NCBI GenBank assembly: GCA_964016885.1
Contig: CAXHJY010001288.1
Coordinates: 62,001 to 126,000, forward strand
Source: Eledone cirrhosa
Taxonomy: Eukaryota
Reading direction: 5' to 3'
Length of the DNA: 64,000 nt
In this document: in pieces, positions 59,204 through 64,000 of the stretch
How the letters are laid out: each line of letters begins with the position of its first letter
How positions within the stretch are numbered: position 1 is the first letter of the stretch
Notes under the pieces: model-generated
The model's input: only the letters and a program-made list of their open reading frames with translations
Database searches by the model: none
What the model was told of the DNA's origin: nothing
Program-made: the position numbers and the translations under genes

Positions 59204-59242
<39 letters not shown>
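58224..59242. repeat. (TA)n/(TATG)n compound microsatellite
   Basis: Directly visible. Confidence 0.97.
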
Positions 59243-59245
<3 letters not shown>

Positions 59246-59939
59246 AGTATATAGAGAAGAAAACACAAAGGGGTATGTTTTTAATTACGAGGGATGGGGA
59301 AACACCAGAGTGAACAACAAAGTCTACGAAAGGAGTGGAAAATACATATTAATTAAAAGAGTAAATCAAAATGTACAGACCAACCTTTTATAACTATAAA
59401 CACCTGGGCAAACTCTAATAAGAGAATGTTTCGTCATAAAAAGTGTCGATACCACACCGCTCAGGGCTTATCAACAGGTGTAAAGACAGTATGGTCGAGC
59501 CTTCTAAAGAAACTTCAGACAGCTGAAATATTGCACATGGTGAGAGAAGATACGAAAACATGCGCGCTAGACAGTACATAGTGGCTTTGATTTATATACA
59601 TGTAGCATTCGTCCATTGGAAGTATATTTTGACTGTAGTTTGGTGACCGCTACAGAAAACTGAGATCAATGTACAGAGAAATATTGAGTAATGAATCTGT
59701 TTAGTATAGTTCTAGCAATAAAAGAGGCGATTTAGGCTGACTGCCTTTTGTATGCTTGCTGACCTATTTCGTACAAGATCTAGATTAGTAATTCCAGACA
59801 TGGAAGCCAAATGTTGAATCGAGGGGCTTTATAGTAAACTTAGCAAACTAATGTAATTCACTGTACCCTAAGTAAACTATGAGCACATAATATGTGGTGG
59901 GATAACAAGTAAGATAGCATTAAAAATTAAGTTGGTAAG

Positions 59940-60570
59940 TGGCAAATGTACAGAGAGTGTTAATAGCAAGAAGAAACGAGAACTAGACGCCCTTCAATGT
60001 TTCCTGTAAAAAGTTGATCGCCTTTGTTACCTAGGAGACCTCGATAACAGTGGAAGAAAGTGCGCTAAAAGCATAGTATCCAGACTAAAAACGGGTTGTA
60101 AATATTTCAAGCAGCTATGGCGTCTATTAGTAACGAAGGATTTCTTTCTCGGGGTAAAGAGCAAATTTTATGATGTTTATGTACGAAGTGCGATGCTGCG
60201 GGGCATAATTTTATAGTTTATAAATGAGAAGATTTGCGAACACTAGAAAGAAATGAAGTGATGCTGCTCCGCTGGATTTGTGAAGTTAATGTGCACGAAC
60301 AATTGAGCACAAATAAACTTAGAGAAAAGCTAGATATGAGAGGAGTCAGATTTAGTGTCTAAGAGAGAAGATTGCGCTGGTATGGGCATGTGATGTGTAT
60401 CTATGAAGGTTGTAATTGTATAAAGAAATGATGAGTGTTCGAAGTAGATGCAACCTGTGAAAAAAAGATACAGAGGAAGACATGTGGTTAAGGGCGATTT
60501 TAAGAAGCTGAACATCATGATGACATTCAATCCATGTTAACATGGAAACAAGTGTGATGATCACTAACAA
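59940..60570 (+). mobile_element. Old degenerate RTE LINE 3' fragment related to the 7.8-kb and 48-kb family
   Basis: Remnants of CYLGD, LVTKDF..GVKSKFYDV, LERNEVMLLRWIC and RLRWYGHV across broken frames. Confidence 0.75.
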
Positions 60571-60851
60571 CGAAGATATGGTATCTATAAATCTCTTAGA
60601 GATATTAGTAGCGTTAATATAATTGTTACATGTAATAACCTTAGCTCGCACGAAGCTGAAGTTTACAATTCTCTAAATCTACGATATATGAGTTTCTTTA
60701 GACTTGAGACAAACATCTCCATAAGATTTTCTACATAAGTTAGATGAAATGGCTTAAGTGGGAATAGATAATTGGCTTACTAAGTGTTTACTCGTAGTCT
60801 ACTCAACAGTACCTGTTATCTTTTCTAATAGTCTCTCCCTCTCTTTCTCTC

Positions 60852-60905
<54 letters not shown>

Positions 60906-61005
60906 TTATATATATATATATGTAAAAGGTAAACAGAAATAATACAATCAATACAGTATATGGAAGGAATATATTAGGTTAACGCTTGAAATAGCAAGAA
61001 GAAGG

Positions 61006-61041
61006 TCTTAACGTTTCGGACACTAGTCCTTCATCTGAAGA
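61006..61041 (-). ncRNA. Putative minimal hammerhead motif (variant core CAGAUGA)
   Basis: Minus strand: TCTT-CAGATGA-a-GGAC[TAGT]GTCC-GAAA-CG-TT-AAGA. Helix I TCTT/AAGA; palindromic helix III (ACGT). Confidence 0.55.
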
Positions 61042-62404
61042 AAGAATGAGAAATAAGATAGATTGAAGAGACGGGCGGGTTGGAATTGGGAAACATTTTT
61101 AGATAGAAAAGATTTTCCAGTTAGAGGTTGTGAATACTCCGTATTGTGGATAGTTTTAGCGTACGGCGTTGTTTGACTCAAACAATGCTCGCCAATAAAA
61201 TCTGGCAGCTTAAAGATACAAACCAGGAATACGGGATTAGCTGGTCGAAACTGTCAGGGGCAAAGGCCTATAAAATGGAATGTCCCACTGCGGACTTTGC
61301 AATATGGAGTTGCTCCATATTTTAAAATATGACAAAATGCTGCTTAACAGCAAAATAAAACGGTCAATTTTCTGTAGGCATAAAGCAGCTATTAAATTCG
61401 CTAATTTAAAACCAACTTGATTCGACCCAACAATTCCATAATTCAAACTGAACCACCTGAGTCTATTATAATAACCCATTATTATTAACTGTCAATAAAT
61501 CAACTAATCACTGAATCAACATCATAACCTCCTAACTTTTCTTTCTTTCACTCTCTTTCACTAAAGCTATTTCACCTCTTCCATTATATCCTATCGTGTT
61601 CTCTTCACTTCTAACATAACTTCAAATTTAATTTATTAATTTACCCTTTATTTTAGCACTGTACTATTTCTTCATAATATAATTTAACCAATACATATAT
61701 GTATATATTTAGTATTTTCATGTTTATACCATCACATATTTATATTTTAACCACCAACACCACAACTATTTTCAACAATCATATTATGTTCACTTTTCTT
61801 CACACGCATATACATTTTTTTACTTATTTTTTATCATCTTCATTCTAACTTATTTATTATTATTTATTTATTATTTTTTCTTTTTCTTTATCTTTCTTTT
61901 TCTCTTTTCTTTTTTCTTCTTTTTTCTTTTTCTCATTCTCTTTTTCTTTTTTTCTTTTTCTTTCTTTATTACTGATGTTGTGATTTGAATTTTCCTAGTA
62001 TATTACAAACGCCGTGTATAATTTTAATCAGTTTTTCCGATGATTTGATTAAGCACAACTTCAAATGATTAGCAATTTTTAGACAACTTAATCAATGAAA
62101 CAATTGTTAATACTGTAAATAAAACCCTTTTGTACTATTGACCATGTTATTCTTCACTCTTTCAATATATATATATATATATATATATACAAAACGAATA
62201 AAAAAAGGTGAGTGAAGGTAAAGAAAAACGAACGAAACTCAGAACAGTCCCTTCACATCAGTCAACCGCTGGAGGTCCTCGCAGTTTCAGTTTATATATA
62301 TGTATATATAAAGGAACGGGCGAAGGCATCAAGAACTTTATCCTTGTCCGTTCCCTTGTCGTTTTAATTTGGATTGACTCGAGAACGTAACCTTATTATG
62401 TAAG

Positions 62405-62482
62405 AAGCTGTCTGATGAGATCATGGCACTGGTTAGGCAGAATCACGTAGCCACTGTCGTCATTGAAATATGTATCAAGCTT
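62405..62482 (+). ncRNA. Putative hammerhead motif with canonical CUGAUGA core and long helix II
   Basis: AAGCTGT-CTGATGA-...ATGGCA/TGTCGT and TGGTTA/TAGCCA stems...-GAAA-TATGTA-TC-AAGCTT. Confidence 0.5.
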
Positions 62483-62582
62483 ATGTATAAACCTTAACAT
62501 CTGAAACTACTTTGCATTTTCTTATCACCCCTCTCTCTCTCTCTATATATATATATACTTTATATATATATATATATATACT

Positions 62583-63191
62583 TAACAATCAAAGAGTGTT
62601 TAATAACATTTAATTACTAACGATCGTTTCATCCAAGCACAAGGCCGGAATCATCGGAGTATAAATCAAAAGTTAGAACACAGATAACTTTGTCAAAGAA
62701 CATTCCTGGGATACAGCATATGGGAAGAAAGCAAACATAACAGATATTAACATTGATATAAGAGAGGAAAGCAAGAAGCTCATAAAAGCATGATCATATA
62801 AATATAATTAACAATAATCAGCAGCTAGAGGCATTAAAAAAACTTAAAAACAAGCTGGTATAAAGAAAAGAAAAAAGCTACTAAAAGGAATTTAAGCATA
62901 ATGTAGGCATATCATATACTGACAAATTTACATACAACATAGGCATCATAACAGTCTATAAAAGCTAGTGCATGGATATAAACTTAAATATAAACTTAAA
63001 TTTAAGAATGTAAAAATACATCTTCAAGGTACATTTTTACTATATTCATGGAAAATGGAGTTGAACTTTTTATTATGAATATAGTAAAAATGTACCTTGA
63101 AGATGTGCTTCTTGCTTATATCAATGTTAATATTGTGCTTGGATGAAACGATCGTTAGTAATTAAATGTTATTAAACACTCTTTGATTGTT
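62583..63191. repeat. Nested fold-back element: ~60-bp terminal inverted repeats plus an inner ~33-bp inverted repeat
   Basis: TAACAATCAAAGAGTG...TTTCATCCAAGCACAA mirrored at ~63133-63191. ACATCTTCAAGGTACATTTTTACTATATTCAT mirrored at ~63074-63105. Confidence 0.9.
62615..62661 (-). ncRNA. Putative minimal hammerhead motif (variant core CCGAUGA)
   Basis: Minus strand: TACT-CCGATGA-t-TCC...GGA-t-GAAA-CGATCG-TT-AGTA. Perfect 4-bp helix I; palindromic helix III (ACGATCGT). Confidence 0.6.
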
Positions 63192-63290
63192 ATTTATAAA
63201 GAATTCCAGCTCTGCATTATATTTGTTATTTTACATCGAGCTACTCTCATACTGGCAATTGGATAATATTTATTATTTAATATTACCCCC

Positions 63291-63386
<96 letters not shown>

Positions 63387-63798
63387 TAGAGGCGTACATG
63401 GAATCATACACAATATGTTTATGTATAATAACATACATAAGTCTCACTATCGGTATTATAAGTTGTGATAATGTCAGCCGCCCCTGTAGCTGTGTGCGAA
63501 CTAATGTTTCAGGATGTTTTCCATTTTCAGTGACTCATTCAGTGCTGAGGCAAAATAAGCTGTAACTAATATAGATTTTGATGTGTGAGTGTGTGAGTGA
63601 ATGAATGTGGTGAGAGTGTGTGTGTATATGTGTGTATGTGTTTGTGTGTATGTGTGTGAGTGAATGCGTGTGAGTGTGTGTATGTGTGTGTGAGTATATG
63701 TGAGTGCATGTGTATATACATATGTGTGTGTGAGTACGTGTGAGAGAGTGAGTGTGTGTGTATGTGTGAATGAGTGTGTATGTGTATGTGTGAGGCCA

Positions 63799-63832
63799 TC
63801 AACAGATTCTTTGATTTCTTCTGCCGAGAAAT
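63799..63832 (-). CDS. Possible short terminal exon of a neighbouring minus-strand gene (product unknown)
   Basis: Strong pyrimidine tract + TTCCAG acceptor on the minus strand. One frame gives (x)FLGRRNQRIC*; the other two frames run into CA repeats. No homology recognised. Confidence 0.25.
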
Positions 63833-63894
63833 CTGGAATAAAACTTGAGAAAGAAAAAAAGCTAAAGAAATGAAATAAAGAAATATCATTTAAA

Positions 63895-64000
63895 AACAAC
63901 AACAACACCAACAACACCACCACCAACAACACTAAAACCAACAACACCACCAACAACACCACCACCAACAACACCAAGACCACCAACAACACCACCACCA
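63895..64000. repeat. (CAA)/(CAC)n trinucleotide microsatellite
   Basis: Directly visible. Confidence 0.9.

Noticed and set aside
59420-59480. Possible further hammerhead on the minus strand (TTGATAA...GACGAAACATTC)
   Set aside because: Core and helices too degenerate to support.

Overview
AT-rich, repeat-dominated eukaryotic (metazoan) DNA. The mix of huge (TA)n tracts, tRNA-derived SINEs, RTE LINEs with (GAT)n tails and Penelope-like elements suggests an octopus/cephalopod-type genome; this is an inference and was not checked. The only well-supported host gene is the 3' end of PDXDC1 on the + strand: six phase-compatible GT-AG exons between 4636 and 22569, with a stop codon inside the last splice donor that could give two C-termini. 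The rest is tandem arrays (23, 25, 43, 16, ~94 and ~45 bp units), RTE/CR1/R4-Dong LINE remnants, SINE clusters, piggyBac- and Tc1-type MITEs, a CpG-decayed tRNA-Asp copy, and a near-intact 5'-truncated Penelope-like element (RT + Cys linker + GIY-YIG). Most notable: (1) several unrelated hammerhead-ribozyme-like motifs, many with non-canonical cores, in or next to long fold-back palindromes embedded in (TA)n tracts; (2) a C4HC3 PHD-type finger inserted inside the reverse transcriptase of the RTE family; (3) a conserved GNRA-capped stem-loop next to the Penelope hammerhead. Nearly all long ORFs in the supplied track are microsatellite or minisatellite artefacts. All structures and alignments were read by eye, and repeat boundaries and copy numbers are approximate.
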